Shown here piece after piece: positions 50,575 to 60,799 of a DNA stretch of 64,000 nucleotides. Made by a program: the position numbers and the translations under genes. The stretch is from Erythrobacter sp. (GTDB lineage: Bacteria; Pseudomonadota; Alphaproteobacteria; Sphingomonadales; Sphingomonadaceae), in contig JBKBLZ010000001.1 in NCBI GenBank assembly GCA_046296035.1, forward strand, positions 105,336-169,335, written 5' to 3'. Every line of letters begins with the position of its first letter. The first letter of the stretch is position 1. Under the pieces are notes generated by a model. The model was given only the letters and a program-made list of their open reading frames with translations, did no database searches and was not told where the DNA came from.

Positions 50575-51537
50575 ATGCTGCTTCGCCGCCTGCCTTTCCT
50601 GACCGATCCGATGATCGCCGTGCTCTTGGCGATGACGACGCTGGCTTTCATTCTGCCTGCCACGGGCGAGGGCCGCGCGATCGTGCGGCACGTTTCCAAT
50701 GGCGGGATCTTTGTGCTGTTCCTCGTCAACGGCATCCGCATTCGCCGCGCCGAAATCGCGCACGGGATCTGCAATTGGCGCTTTTTCGGTCCGCTGATGC
50801 TGTTCGTCTTCGGCGGCATGGCGCTGGCGGGGCTTGGCTTTGGCAGGCTTGCGGCAGGGATGCTGCCGCCGCTGGTGGCGTTGGGCTTTGTCTATCTCGG
50901 CTGCCTGCCATCAACCATTCAGTCGGCAACCTCCTACACCAGCCTTGCCCAGGGCAATGTCGCGCTGGCGGTGGTGGGCGCCGCGCTCATCAACATTGCC
51001 GGCGTGTTCATCAGCGCGCCGCTGTTTGCGTTGCTCGGTGGGGGCGAGGCAGGCGATGTCGGCAGCGCGGCGATTGTCCGCATCGGCCTCATCCTCGTGC
51101 TGCCTTTCGTGATCGGACAGGTGGTGCAGGACCGGGTGATCGAGCAGGTGGCGGCGCAGCGCTCACGGATCGCCTGGCTCGACCGGGGGGTGATCGGCCT
51201 GGCGGTCTATGTCGCCTTTTCGGGCGCGGTCGAGCAGGGGCTGGCAAGCCTGTTCGCGCCCGCCGATTGGGCGGTGCTGGTGCTGCTGGTGCTGCTGTTT
51301 TTGGCACTGGCGCTTGGGTCGGCATGGGGCGTCGGCAAGCTCTTGGGCCTGCCGCGGGCGGATCGCATCACCTTCCTGTTTGCCGGTTCGCAGAAAAGCG
51401 TCGCCATCGGAGCGCCCGTGGCCGCGATCCTGTTTGCGCCCTCGGCCGCGGGCTTCGTGATCGCCCCGCTGCTGCTCTATCACCTTGCGCAGCTGGTGCT
51501 GGCCGCTCCGCTTGCCGCGCGTCTTGCGCGGGGTTAG
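50575..51537 (+). CDS. Bile acid:sodium symporter family (SBF-like) transporter
   Basis: LGCLPSTIQSA, GNVALA, GSQKS, PLLLYH. Confidence 0.88.
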   Translation: MLLRRLPFLTDPMIAVLLAMTTLAFILPATGEGRAIVRHVSNGGIFVLFLVNGIRIRRAEIAHGICNWRFFGPLMLFVFGGMALAGLGFGRLAAGMLPPLVALGFVYLGCLPSTIQSATSYTSLAQGNVALAVVGAALINIAGVFISAPLFALLGGGEAGDVGSAAIVRIGLILVLPFVIGQVVQDRVIEQVAAQRSRIAWLDRGVIGLAVYVAFSGAVEQGLASLFAPADWAVLVLLVLLFLALALGSAWGVGKLLGLPRADRITFLFAGSQKSVAIGAPVAAILFAPSAAGFVIAPLLLYHLAQLVLAAPLAARLARG

Positions 51538-52586
51538 CCGCCGGCGCGCTCGGCCCGCTGGTGGCGCACCGACCACCAGAACGACAGGCCGATCAGCATC
51601 GCGCCGATCAGGCCGGTGATCGTTTCGGGAATGTGATACACCGCCGACACCAGCATGATCGCGCCCAGCACGACAATTGCCCAGAACGCGCCGTGTTCGA
51701 GATAGCGATACTCGGCCAGCGTTCCCTGCCTGACGAGGTGCACCGTCATCGAGCGCACGAACATTGCACCGATCGACAGGCCGAGCGCAATCACGATCAT
51801 GTTGTTCGACAGCGCAAAGGCCCCGATCACCCCGTCGAAGCTGAAGCTCGCATCGAGGATGTTGAGGTACAGGAACCCGCCAAAGCCGCTGCGCACCACT
51901 GCCCCGGCCAGCCGTGCCGCTTCCTCGCGCATTTCGAGCCAGTGGCTCACCGCTTCCACCGCGATAAAGGTGACGAGGCCGAGCATCCCGGCGACAAGGA
52001 AGGTGTGCGCGTCTTCCACCGGCAGCAGCGCCGAAATGCCCCACATCCCCAGCAAGAGGATCGCGATCTCGATCGCCGGCAGGTTGGACACCTTCGACAG
52101 CGCGCGTTCGATGGTGCCGATCCAGTGCACGTCCTTGTCATCGTCGAAGAAGAACTTCATCCCCACCATCGCCAGGAACGCGCCGCCGAACCCGGCGATG
52201 CCGATATGGGCGGAGCTGACCAGCTCCTCGTATTTCGCGGGATTGTTGAGCGAAAGGTTCAGTGCCTCGATCGGGCCGATGTTCGCGGCAATCGCCACAA
52301 TCATGAGCGGAAAGACGATCCGCATGCCGAATACCGCAAAGGCGATCCCCCAGGTCAGGAAGCGCTTCTGCCACACATCGTCCATGTCCTTGAGCACCGA
52401 GGCATTGACCACGGCATTGTCGAAGCTCAGCGAGACTTCGAGCACCGAGAGAATGACCACGATCCACAGCACCTGCGCGATCCCCGCCAGCGTGCCGGCG
52501 CTGATGAAGCCGTACCATGCCGCAAGGCCAAGGCAGATTACTGTGAAGATCAACGAAAAATTGTAATAGCGAAACAGCGTCTGCAT
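51534..52586 (-). CDS. DUF475 (TerC-like) membrane protein
   Basis: LEVSLSFDNAVVNA, FLTWGI, DASFSFDGVIGAFA, YLEHGAFWAI. Confidence 0.9.
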   Translation of the reverse strand: MQTLFRYYNFSLIFTVICLGLAAWYGFISAGTLAGIAQVLWIVVILSVLEVSLSFDNAVVNASVLKDMDDVWQKRFLTWGIAFAVFGMRIVFPLMIVAIAANIGPIEALNLSLNNPAKYEELVSSAHIGIAGFGGAFLAMVGMKFFFDDDKDVHWIGTIERALSKVSNLPAIEIAILLLGMWGISALLPVEDAHTFLVAGMLGLVTFIAVEAVSHWLEMREEAARLAGAVVRSGFGGFLYLNILDASFSFDGVIGAFALSNNMIVIALGLSIGAMFVRSMTVHLVRQGTLAEYRYLEHGAFWAIVVLGAIMLVSAVYHIPETITGLIGAMLIGLSFWWSVRHQRAERAGG

Positions 52587-52630
52587 GGCAGGGGCCTGAC
52601 AAATGGAACGGGGAGGGGTGGGGAGGAATT

Positions 52631-53503
52631 TCAGCCCTTGGGCTGGTAGGTCTGGTCGTCGCTTGGGAAGGCGCGGGTGCGCACTTCTTCGGCATAGCGC
52701 GCCACCGTCCGGTCGATCACGCCGGCAATGTCCTCGTAACGCTTCACAAAGCGCGGCACCCGTTCGAACATGCCCAGCATATCCTCGGTGACGAGCACCT
52801 GCCCGTCGCACTGCACCGATGCGCCGATGCCGATGGTGGGGCAGGACACCGCCTCGGTGGCGGCAATCGCGATGGGTTCAACCACGCCTTCGATAACGAT
52901 CGCAAAAGCGCCCGCAGCGTCGAGCGCGGCGGCATCGGTGACGATCTTCTCGGCTTCGGCCTCGGAGCGCCCGCGTGCCCCGTAGCCGCCGAGCACGTTG
53001 ACGGCCTGCGGGGTGAGGCCGACATGGCCCATCACCGGGATGCCACGCTGGCTGAGGAATGCGACGGTGGGAGCCATCGCCGCCCCGCCTTCGAGCTTCA
53101 CCGCCGCAGCGCCGGTCTGTTTGAGCAGAAAGGCCGCGCTTTCAAATGCCTGCTGCGGCGAGGCCTCATAGGAGCCGAACGGCATATCGATGACCACGAC
53201 CGAATGGTATGATCCGCGCACCACCGCTGCGCCATGATTGGCCATCATCTCGAGTGTGACCGGCACGGTTGAGGGCAGGCCATAGATCACCTGTCCGAGC
53301 GAATCCCCCACCAGCAGCAGATCGCAATGGCGATCCAGCAATTGCGCCTGACGCGCGGTGTAGGCGGTGAGCATCACCAGCGGTTCGGCCGCGGTGCCGC
53401 CTGACTTGCGGGCGCGGATGGCGGGCACGGTCAGCCGCTTGATTGGTGCCGGGGTCGGATTGGCGCGGCTGGTGCTGGTGTCGAGCTGGAAGGTTGTGGA
53501 CAT
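52631..53503 (-). CDS. panB: 3-methyl-2-oxobutanoate hydroxymethyltransferase
   Basis: [46 protein letters not shown]. Confidence 0.97.
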   Translation of the reverse strand: MSTTFQLDTSTSRANPTPAPIKRLTVPAIRARKSGGTAAEPLVMLTAYTARQAQLLDRHCDLLLVGDSLGQVIYGLPSTVPVTLEMMANHGAAVVRGSYHSVVVIDMPFGSYEASPQQAFESAAFLLKQTGAAAVKLEGGAAMAPTVAFLSQRGIPVMGHVGLTPQAVNVLGGYGARGRSEAEAEKIVTDAAALDAAGAFAIVIEGVVEPIAIAATEAVSCPTIGIGASVQCDGQVLVTEDMLGMFERVPRFVKRYEDIAGVIDRTVARYAEEVRTRAFPSDDQTYQPKG

Positions 53504-53696
53504 GGGCAAAGCGTCTAGCCGCTGCGCGCGCCGGGGGAAAGAGCGTGCTTTCGACTTGTGTTGCGGGCTTGTTACGCTAGCTTGCGCCACATTCGATCGC
53601 GCGGGGGATCTGCGTGCGGTCAATGGGAGAGCTAATCCGGATGTTTCTTGACACGATCAAGCCGCGCGCCGCGCAGGCGTGCAGGGGGAAATTGTA

Positions 53697-55259
53697 ATGG
53701 CAAGCAAACCGAACCGCAGCATTGTCGAGCGGATGTTCGCGCGCAAATCGATTGCGCAGGTGCAGCGTGAAACGCAAACCAGTGAATTGAAGCGCTCGCT
53801 GGGCAAGTGGAACCTCTTGCTGCTGGGCGTGGGCTGCATCATCGGGGCGGGCATCTTCGTGCGCACCGGCAGCGCTGCGGCGCTTCATGCCGGGCCGGCG
53901 GTGCTGCTGAGCTTCGTGGTCGCGGGCATTGTCTGCGCTTTTGCCGGCCTGTGCTATGCCGAGCTGTCTTCGACCCTGCCGGTGTCGGGTTCGGCCTACA
54001 CCTATGGCTACACCACACTGGGCGAGTTCGTGGCGTGGATCATGGGCGCGCTGCTGCTGCTCGAATATGGCCTGGCCGCCTCGGTGGTGGCGGTTGGCTG
54101 GGGCGGCTATGTCGTCAGTCTGCTGGCCGATTTCGGCATCGTCATTCCGCCACAATTCACCGGCCCCTCGGGGTACACGCTTATGAAGGACGGCGCGCCG
54201 GTGCTGATTGACGGGCAGACGGTGACGACGATCTTCAACCTTCCCGCCTTCCTTATCTGCATCGCGCTCGCCGCGCTGCTGGTGGTGGGCGTGTCTGAAA
54301 GCGCCAAGGTCAACAACGCCATTGTCGCGATCAAGGTCAGCGTGCTCACCGCCTTCATCGTGGTCGGCGGGCTGATCGTGCTGTCGAATTTCACCGAACT
54401 GGCGGCCAAGAACTGGGTGCCGTTCATTCCCGAAAACCAGGGTGATGGCGAATTCGGCGTGAGCGGCATCATCCGCGCCGCCTCGATCGTGTTCTTTGCC
54501 TATATCGGCTTTGAAGCGGTCTCGACCGCCGGCCAGGAGGCCAAGGATCCGGCCAGGGATATGCCCTTCGGCATCATCGGCAGCCTTGTGGTGTGCACCG
54601 TGATCTACATGCTGGTCGCCGCGATCATGACGTTGCTGGTGCCTTACAATACGCTCAACGTGCCCGATCCGGTGGCGGTAGTGGTCGACAATTTCGGCCC
54701 GCAGTGGGGATGGCTGGCGAAGATCATCAAGGTCGGCGCGATCATCGGCCTGACTTCGGTGGTGCTGGTGCTGATGTATGCCCAGACCCGCATCTTCTAC
54801 ACCATGGCGCGCGACGGGCTGCTGCCCAAGGTGTTCAGCCGTGTGAACAAGCGGTTCCAGACGCCTGCGGTCAACACGGTTGTGGTCGGCCTGGTCACGG
54901 CGACTGCGGCAGGCTTTTTCGATATCAACGTGCTGGGCGACATGACTTCGGTCGGCACGCTGGCGGCCTTCGCGATCGTATGCCTCTCGGTGATCTACCT
55001 GCGCCGCGCCGCGCCCGAACTGCCGCGCGGCTTCACGGTGCCGTTCTATCCGGTGCTGCCGATCCTGGGCATCCTCTCGTGCCTTTATCTGATCACGTCC
55101 GTGCCGCTCAACGTTCTGATGTTCTTCTTTTATTACATGATCGGCGGGGTGGTGCTGTATTTCCTCTACGGCATCCACAACTCCAATCTCCAGCATGGTG
55201 AGCTGCAGGACGATGCGCCGGATATGGGCGAGTTCCCGGGGCCGGTGATCGACGAGTAA
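53697..55259 (+). CDS. APC-superfamily (cationic-type) amino acid permease
   Basis: GCIIGAGIF, LCYAEL, SGSAY, FFAYIGFE, MARDGLLP. Confidence 0.93.
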   Translation: MASKPNRSIVERMFARKSIAQVQRETQTSELKRSLGKWNLLLLGVGCIIGAGIFVRTGSAAALHAGPAVLLSFVVAGIVCAFAGLCYAELSSTLPVSGSAYTYGYTTLGEFVAWIMGALLLLEYGLAASVVAVGWGGYVVSLLADFGIVIPPQFTGPSGYTLMKDGAPVLIDGQTVTTIFNLPAFLICIALAALLVVGVSESAKVNNAIVAIKVSVLTAFIVVGGLIVLSNFTELAAKNWVPFIPENQGDGEFGVSGIIRAASIVFFAYIGFEAVSTAGQEAKDPARDMPFGIIGSLVVCTVIYMLVAAIMTLLVPYNTLNVPDPVAVVVDNFGPQWGWLAKIIKVGAIIGLTSVVLVLMYAQTRIFYTMARDGLLPKVFSRVNKRFQTPAVNTVVVGLVTATAAGFFDINVLGDMTSVGTLAAFAIVCLSVIYLRRAAPELPRGFTVPFYPVLPILGILSCLYLITSVPLNVLMFFFYYMIGGVVLYFLYGIHNSNLQHGELQDDAPDMGEFPGPVIDE

Positions 55260-55344
55260 TCGCTCGCCTTGCAGGTGGCGCATAAGGGGCGCGGGGAGCG
55301 GAGACGCTTCCTGCGCCCCTTGCATTGCAATCCGGTCAATCTTA

Positions 55345-55359
55345 GAACATAACACGAAC
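55345..55359 (+). promoter_or_regulatory. LexA (SOS) box
   Basis: GAAC-ATAACAC-GAAC, the alphaproteobacterial GAAC-N7-GAAC consensus, immediately before imuA. Confidence 0.88.
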
Positions 55360-55361
55360 AT

Positions 55362-56126
55362 ATGAGTCGTTCGCCCATGTCCTTCAAACCGTCACCCACC
55401 CAGATTCTGCCTGTGCGCCTGTCCGAAGCGCGCTGGCGGCCCGGGCTGGCTGGCCAGCCGCTCCACACGGAAATCTTCGCCCCTGCCAGTGAGGCGAGCG
55501 GGGCGGGGCTGGCGCTGGCTTTGGCGCGTGATGCGCTCGCCGCTTCAGCGCAGGGCGCGGATGCCCGCCATGTGCTGTGGGTGCAGGACAGGAAGGCGAT
55601 CCGGCTCGGCGGGCGGCCCTTTGTCCATGGCCTGCCAGCTGATTTGCGCGAGCGTCTGATCCATGTCACCGCCGTGACGCCGGAAGATGCGCTGTTTGCG
55701 CTGGAAGAAGGGCTGAGGTGCCGTGACTTTACCTGCGTGATCGGTGAGATCGCGGGCAATCCGCGCGCGCTCGATTTCACCGCCTCGCGCCGCTTGAGCC
55801 TTACCGCAGAAAGGCACGGCGTTGCACTGTGGCTGGTGCGATTGGATGCCGTGCCCGATCTCTCCTCGGCGCGGATGCGTTGGCGTGCCCGTGCTGCTCC
55901 CTCGCCGCGCCCGCGCTGGAACCCAGGTGCCCCCGGCAGCGCCACCTGGCACGCCGAACTGTTCCGCGCCCGGGGCCACGTGCCGGGCGAATGGATGTTG
56001 AACGATGACCATTCATCCCTGCGCCTCTGCCCCGATCCCGCCAGCGAACCCGCCAGCACGTCGCATCCTCGCCATCTGGTTCGCCCGACTGTCGGTCGAT
56101 CGTTGGCGGCGGGCGCTCGCGCCTGA
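55362..56126 (+). CDS. imuA: ImuA (RecA-like mutagenesis protein)
   Basis: LWVQD, DALFALEEGLRC, LDFTASRRLSL, SSARMRW, WHAELFRAR; SOS box upstream. Confidence 0.88.
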   Translation: MSRSPMSFKPSPTQILPVRLSEARWRPGLAGQPLHTEIFAPASEASGAGLALALARDALAASAQGADARHVLWVQDRKAIRLGGRPFVHGLPADLRERLIHVTAVTPEDALFALEEGLRCRDFTCVIGEIAGNPRALDFTASRRLSLTAERHGVALWLVRLDAVPDLSSARMRWRARAAPSPRPRWNPGAPGSATWHAELFRARGHVPGEWMLNDDHSSLRLCPDPASEPASTSHPRHLVRPTVGRSLAAGARA

Positions 56127-57642
56127 CGCGCGCCCGGCGGCCGATGCGCTCCCTACCGCGCTGATTCTCGAGACCGCGCACGGGCCCCGCATCGCTGCGG
56201 CCAATGATGCCGGTCTGCGCGCCGGAGTGCGTCCTGCAATGCTGCTGGCGGATGCCCGCGCGCTGTGCCCAGATCTGGTGACGGCACCGGCCGATCCGGC
56301 AGGCGATCTCGCGGCGCTGGAAAAGCTCGCGCTGTGGGCGCAGCGCTGGGGGCCGTGGAGCGCGCTTGATCCGCCCGATGGCGTGCTGGTTGATGTCACC
56401 GGGGCCGCGCACCTGCTGGGCGGAGAGACGGCGCTGCTGGCCGATGTCTCCACTGCCTTTGCCACACGCGGGCTGAGCGTGCGCGCCGCGCTTGCGCCCA
56501 CGGCTGGCGCGGCCTGGGCGCTGGCGCATTATGGCCCGCCCGCCGCCATCCTTGCCCCTGGCGATGATCCGCTGCGGCTGCTCGGCGATCTGCCGGTGGC
56601 GGCGCTGCGGCTTGATGATGACGTGCTGACGGTGCTGCGCCGGCTCGGGATCAAGCGGCTTGGCCAGCTGGCCGGGGTGAGCGGGGTGGGGGATGGCGAT
56701 CCGCACGCCGAGGCTGGCGCGCGCGATGCGCTCCAGCGTCGTTTCCGCAACCGCCGCTCGCCTGCCGCCAATCCGCTGTTGCGGCTCGACCAGCTGCTAG
56801 GCCGTGTGCCCGAACCGCTGCTGCCGGTGACCCTTCGTCCCATGCCGATGGTGCAGCGCCGGCTGATGGAGCCGCTGCGCCACCGCGCCTTGCTCGACCG
56901 GGTGGTGGGCGATCTCGCGCTCGACATGGTGCGCGCGCTCGAAGCGCGGGGGGAGGGGGCGCGGCGGCTCGAACTGGTGCTGTGGCGGGTCGATGGCGAG
57001 GTGCTGATGCGCCGCATCGAACTCGCCGCCGCGACCCGCGAGGCAGAGCATATGCTGCGCCTGTTTGCCAGGCGGCTCGATACGCTTGAGGCCGGGTTCG
57101 GAATCGAGCTGGTGCAATTGCGCGCCAGCTGGAGTGAGCCGCTTGGCCTGTCGCAGGCCGATCTCGATGCCGCTGCCCAACGCCACGGCACTGCGCTCGC
57201 CGCCTGCATCGACCGGCTGAGCGTGCGACTGGGGGCGCAGGCTGTCACCCGCCCGGTCGTCTGTGCTAGCCATGTGCCCGAACGCGCACAGGTGTGGCAG
57301 CCGCCGCTTGGCCCCCTGCCTGCGATCGAGGGCGTGCTGCGCGCTCACGACCGTCCGCTCAAGCTGCTCGACCGCGCGGAGCCGATCACGGTGCTCTATG
57401 TCTCGCCCGATGGCGTGCCGCAGCGCTTCGGCTGGCGCGGCGCGGTGCGCGAGGTGGTGCGGGTGGAGGGGCCGGAGCGGATCGCGCCTGAATGGTGGCG
57501 TGAACGCTCGACCGCGCGCCTGCGCGATTACTACCGCATCGAGGATGATGGCGGGCGGCGCTACTGGATCTATCGGCAGGGGATCGCAGGCGACGGGCGC
57601 GGAGGCGTGCCCGACTGGTTCCTGCACGGGCTGTTCGCGTGA
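56005..57642 (+). CDS. imuB: ImuB (inactive Y-family polymerase)
   Basis: LADARALCP, DPPDGVLVDVTGAAHLLGGE, LPVAALRL, C-terminal RPLKLL...EGPERIAPEWW...RDYYRIED...WFLHGLFA. Confidence 0.92.
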   Translation: MTIHPCASAPIPPANPPARRILAIWFARLSVDRWRRALAPDARPAADALPTALILETAHGPRIAAANDAGLRAGVRPAMLLADARALCPDLVTAPADPAGDLAALEKLALWAQRWGPWSALDPPDGVLVDVTGAAHLLGGETALLADVSTAFATRGLSVRAALAPTAGAAWALAHYGPPAAILAPGDDPLRLLGDLPVAALRLDDDVLTVLRRLGIKRLGQLAGVSGVGDGDPHAEAGARDALQRRFRNRRSPAANPLLRLDQLLGRVPEPLLPVTLRPMPMVQRRLMEPLRHRALLDRVVGDLALDMVRALEARGEGARRLELVLWRVDGEVLMRRIELAAATREAEHMLRLFARRLDTLEAGFGIELVQLRASWSEPLGLSQADLDAAAQRHGTALAACIDRLSVRLGAQAVTRPVVCASHVPERAQVWQPPLGPLPAIEGVLRAHDRPLKLLDRAEPITVLYVSPDGVPQRFGWRGAVREVVRVEGPERIAPEWWRERSTARLRDYYRIEDDGGRRYWIYRQGIAGDGRGGVPDWFLHGLFA

Positions 57643-57696
57643 CATTATCCGCCCGTCAATCAGATTTCCTTTACCCCTTTGTGCGATCTGTTGCGC

Positions 57697-58029
57697 ATGA
57701 ATCTTCACACGATCTCCCGCGCGTCGGAACGTCGTCCGCTCAACCTGTGGGTTAAGAGCAGGGTGCGTTCGCGCGAGGTGTTCGTGGATCTGATCGACAT
57801 CTCTGAAGGTGGATGCAAGATCCGCGGCAAGCCGGGTTTTGCGGCGATCGATGACCGGGTGACAATGAAGGTCGCCGGCATCAACGCGCCGTTCGGCACG
57901 ATCGTATGGATCGACGGCCCGTTTGCCGGGGTTGCCTTCGAAGGTGCGATGCATCCGGCCGTGCTCGATCACCTGTGCCACAATGGTGCCATCGCCCGCG
58001 ACCAGCGGCGTCTTTATCGTTCTGCCTGA
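57697..58029 (+). CDS. Stand-alone PilZ-domain protein
   Basis: RxxxR (RASER) and DxSxxG (DISEGG) motifs, IVW...AGVAF. Confidence 0.85.
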   Translation: MNLHTISRASERRPLNLWVKSRVRSREVFVDLIDISEGGCKIRGKPGFAAIDDRVTMKVAGINAPFGTIVWIDGPFAGVAFEGAMHPAVLDHLCHNGAIARDQRRLYRSA

Positions 58030-58078
58030 AGCTGCTCCGGCACGCTTGCAAGCTTTGCATTTGGCAAGGGAGGTTTGG

Positions 58079-58093
58079 GAACATATAAGGAAC
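58079..58093 (+). promoter_or_regulatory. LexA (SOS) box
   Basis: GAAC-ATATAAG-GAAC, 25 nt upstream of the radical SAM ATG. Confidence 0.88.
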
Positions 58094-58118
58094 AAAAGAA
58101 AGGTGTTCCAACGTTCCC

Positions 58119-59360
58119 ATGGCCCAGCAACCCTTACGCCAACGCCTCGAAATCCTTGCCGATGCGGCGAAATATGATGCCTCTTGCGCCTCGTCCGGCA
58201 CTGCGAAGAAGAATGCGCTGGGCGGGAAAGGTATCGGCTCCACCGAAGGGATGGGCATCTGCCATGCCTATGCGCCCGACGGACGCTGCATCTCGCTGCT
58301 CAAGATCCTGCTGACCAACCACTGCATCTTCGATTGCCATTACTGCATCAACCGCAAGAGCGCGAACACGCCCCGCGCGCGGTTCACCCCGCAGGAGGTG
58401 GTCGACCTCACCCTCAATTTCTACCGCCGCAACTATATCGAAGGGCTGTTTCTGTCCTCGGGCATCGTCAAGAGCGCCAATCACACGATGGAACAGCTGG
58501 TCGAAGTCGCGCGCATCCTGCGCGAGGAGCATGACTTTCGCGGCTATATCCACCTCAAGACCATTCCCGAGGCCGAGCCTGAGATCATCCATGCCGCCGG
58601 GCTTTATGCCGATCGGGTGTCGATCAATGTCGAACTGCCGACCGACAGCGGACTGACGCGGCTCGCCCCCGACAAGAACCCGCGCCAGATCGAAGGTGCA
58701 ATGGGGCGCACCAAGGCGCGGATCATCGAGGCCAGGGACGAACGCCGGCGCTTCCGTCACGCGCCGCGCTTTGCCCCGGCAGGGCAGTCGACCCAGATGA
58801 TCGTCGGGGCGGACGATGCCAATGACGCCGCGATCATCGGCAAGGCGAGCCGGCTCTATGGCGATTTTGGCCTGAGGCGCGTCTATTACAGTGCCTTCTC
58901 GCCGATCCCCGATGCTTCCGCCGTGCTGCCGCTCAAGCGTCCGCCGCTGCTGCGCGAACACCGGCTCTACCAGTCCGACTGGCTGATGCGCTTCTATGGC
59001 TTTGCCCCGCAGGAAGTGGCCGATGCGGCCGGGGCGGATGGCAACCTGCCGCTCGATATCGACCCCAAGCTCGCCTGGGCGCTGAAGTTCCGCGAGCGCT
59101 TTCCGGTCGATGTGAACCGCGCGGCAAAGGAGCAATTGCTGCGCGTGCCGGGGCTGGGAACCAAGGCGGTCGCCCGCATTCTCGCCTCGCGGCGGCACCG
59201 GGGCTTGCGGCTTGATGATGTCGCGCGGCTGACCGCCTCGGTGGCCAAGGTGCGGCCCTTCATCTGCACGGTGGACTGGCGGCCGACGCTGCTGACCGAT
59301 CGCGCCGATCTGCGCCGCCTGCTGGCCCCGAAATCGCAGCAGCTGGAGCTGTTTGGATGA
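58119..59360 (+). CDS. Putative DNA modification/repair radical SAM protein (TIGR03916-like)
   Basis: AKYDASCASSG, GICHAYAPDGRCISLLK, CxxxCxxC = CIFDCHYC, GQSTQMIVGA, REHRLYQSDWL, HhH LLRVPGLG. Confidence 0.92.
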   Translation: MAQQPLRQRLEILADAAKYDASCASSGTAKKNALGGKGIGSTEGMGICHAYAPDGRCISLLKILLTNHCIFDCHYCINRKSANTPRARFTPQEVVDLTLNFYRRNYIEGLFLSSGIVKSANHTMEQLVEVARILREEHDFRGYIHLKTIPEAEPEIIHAAGLYADRVSINVELPTDSGLTRLAPDKNPRQIEGAMGRTKARIIEARDERRRFRHAPRFAPAGQSTQMIVGADDANDAAIIGKASRLYGDFGLRRVYYSAFSPIPDASAVLPLKRPPLLREHRLYQSDWLMRFYGFAPQEVADAAGADGNLPLDIDPKLAWALKFRERFPVDVNRAAKEQLLRVPGLGTKAVARILASRRHRGLRLDDVARLTASVAKVRPFICTVDWRPTLLTDRADLRRLLAPKSQQLELFG

Positions 59361-60799
59361 CCGCGATGCGGAATGTCGCCCTTGGCGCTCGCTACGCCGT
59401 CCATCTTCCCGCGCCCGATGACTTTGCCTTCTGGCGCGCGCGGGCGCGAGGGCTTATCCAATGCGATGTGCCGCCCGACCGGGTTTCGTGGATCGAACCG
59501 GGGGGGGCGGACGATCTGTTCGCGAGTGATGGCCCTGCGCGCAGCGAGAAACGCCTGCCGGTGCCGCCCGCTGATGCGCCGCCCGTGCGCGCCAGTCAGC
59601 GCTTTCTGACGGTGGCTCGCAGCGCCGCACTGCATTCCGATCCGGCGCGCTTTGGCCTGCTTTACCGCGTGTTGTGGCGCTTGCAGCGCAATCCGCGGCT
59701 GATGGAGGACAAGGCCGATCCCGAGGTGCGCCGCCTTGAGGCACTCGCCAAATCGGTGCGCCGCGATGCCCACAAGATGCACGCCTTCGTCCGTTTCCGC
59801 GAGGTGAGCCAAGAGGACGGCGCGCCGCATTACGTCGCCTGGTTCGAGCCTGATCATCACATCGTCCGCGCCGAGGCCGCCTTCTTCATGCGCCGCTTTG
59901 CTAATATGCGCTGGTCGATCCTCACCCCGCGCGGGAGCGTGCATTGGGACGGCGAAACCATGCGCGAAGGCCCACCCGCGCGCCGCGAGGATGCCTCCGG
60001 CGGGGATCCGGTCGAAGCGCTGTGGCGTTCCTACTATGCATCAATCTTCAATCCGGCGCGGCTGAAGGTCGGCGCAATGCTTTCGGAAATGCCCAAGAAA
60101 TACTGGAAGAACCTGCCCGAAGCCGCGCTGATCCCGCAGCTGATCGCCGGAGCGCAGGCGCGCGAGGCGGCGATGGTGGCGGCCGGCGCGCGGGCGGCGC
60201 GGGTGCGGCCCGCCTCGCTGGCCGAGGTCGCACAGAGCATCTCTGCCTGCCGCGATTGCGCAATCGCCGGGTGTGGCACCCGCGCGGTGGCGGGCGAGGG
60301 CGCGCCGCAAGCGCGTCTGATGATCGTTGGCGAGCAGCCCGGCGACGAGGAGGATAGGGCTGGTCGTCCCTTTGTCGGCCCGGCGGGGCAGTTGCTCGAC
60401 GATTATCTCGCCCGCGCCGGAATTGATCGTAGCGCGGCCTATGTCACCAACGCGGTCAAGCACTTCAAGTTCGCATGGAAGGGCAAGCATCGGCTTCACC
60501 AATCGCCCACGGCAAGGGAGATCGACACCTGCCGCTGGTGGCTTGAGGCCGAGCGTGCCCGCGTCCGCCCGCGCATCGTGCTGGCGCTGGGGGCGAGCGC
60601 GGCGCGCGGATTGCTGGGGCGCACTCTCAGCGTCAATCGCGAGCGCGGCCGGCCAATCCCGCTCGATGACGGGGCCGAGCTGTGGGTGACGGTGCACCCG
60701 TCCTACCTGCTCAGGCTCGATGGCGAGGCGCGCCAGGCCCAGGCGGCGCTGTTCGCCGTCGATCTGGCGCGGGTGGGGGGGCGGTTGGGGGAGGTGTGA
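59357..60799 (+). CDS. DUF4130 domain fused to UdgX-type uracil-DNA glycosylase
   Basis: N-half RDAHKMHAFVRFR, WFEPDHHI, FNPARL, EMPKKYWKNLPEA; C-half CRDC, VGEQPG, PFVGPAG, TNAVKHFKF, GKHRLHQ, TVHPSYLL. Confidence 0.92.
   Translation: MTAMRNVALGARYAVHLPAPDDFAFWRARARGLIQCDVPPDRVSWIEPGGADDLFASDGPARSEKRLPVPPADAPPVRASQRFLTVARSAALHSDPARFGLLYRVLWRLQRNPRLMEDKADPEVRRLEALAKSVRRDAHKMHAFVRFREVSQEDGAPHYVAWFEPDHHIVRAEAAFFMRRFANMRWSILTPRGSVHWDGETMREGPPARREDASGGDPVEALWRSYYASIFNPARLKVGAMLSEMPKKYWKNLPEAALIPQLIAGAQAREAAMVAAGARAARVRPASLAEVAQSISACRDCAIAGCGTRAVAGEGAPQARLMIVGEQPGDEEDRAGRPFVGPAGQLLDDYLARAGIDRSAAYVTNAVKHFKFAWKGKHRLHQSPTAREIDTCRWWLEAERARVRPRIVLALGASAARGLLGRTLSVNRERGRPIPLDDGAELWVTVHPSYLLRLDGEARQAQAALFAVDLARVGGRLGEV

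Noticed and set aside
53620-53696. Glycine riboswitch upstream of the amino acid permease (GGGAGAGC)
   Set aside because: The conserved CCGAAG and CTCTCAGG blocks are absent and the space is too short; a TTGACA here suggests an ordinary promoter.
56005-56126. 122-nt overlap of imuA and imuB
   Set aside because: Overlap is common in imuA-imuB cassettes and the imuB start is uncertain; not evidence of a frameshift.
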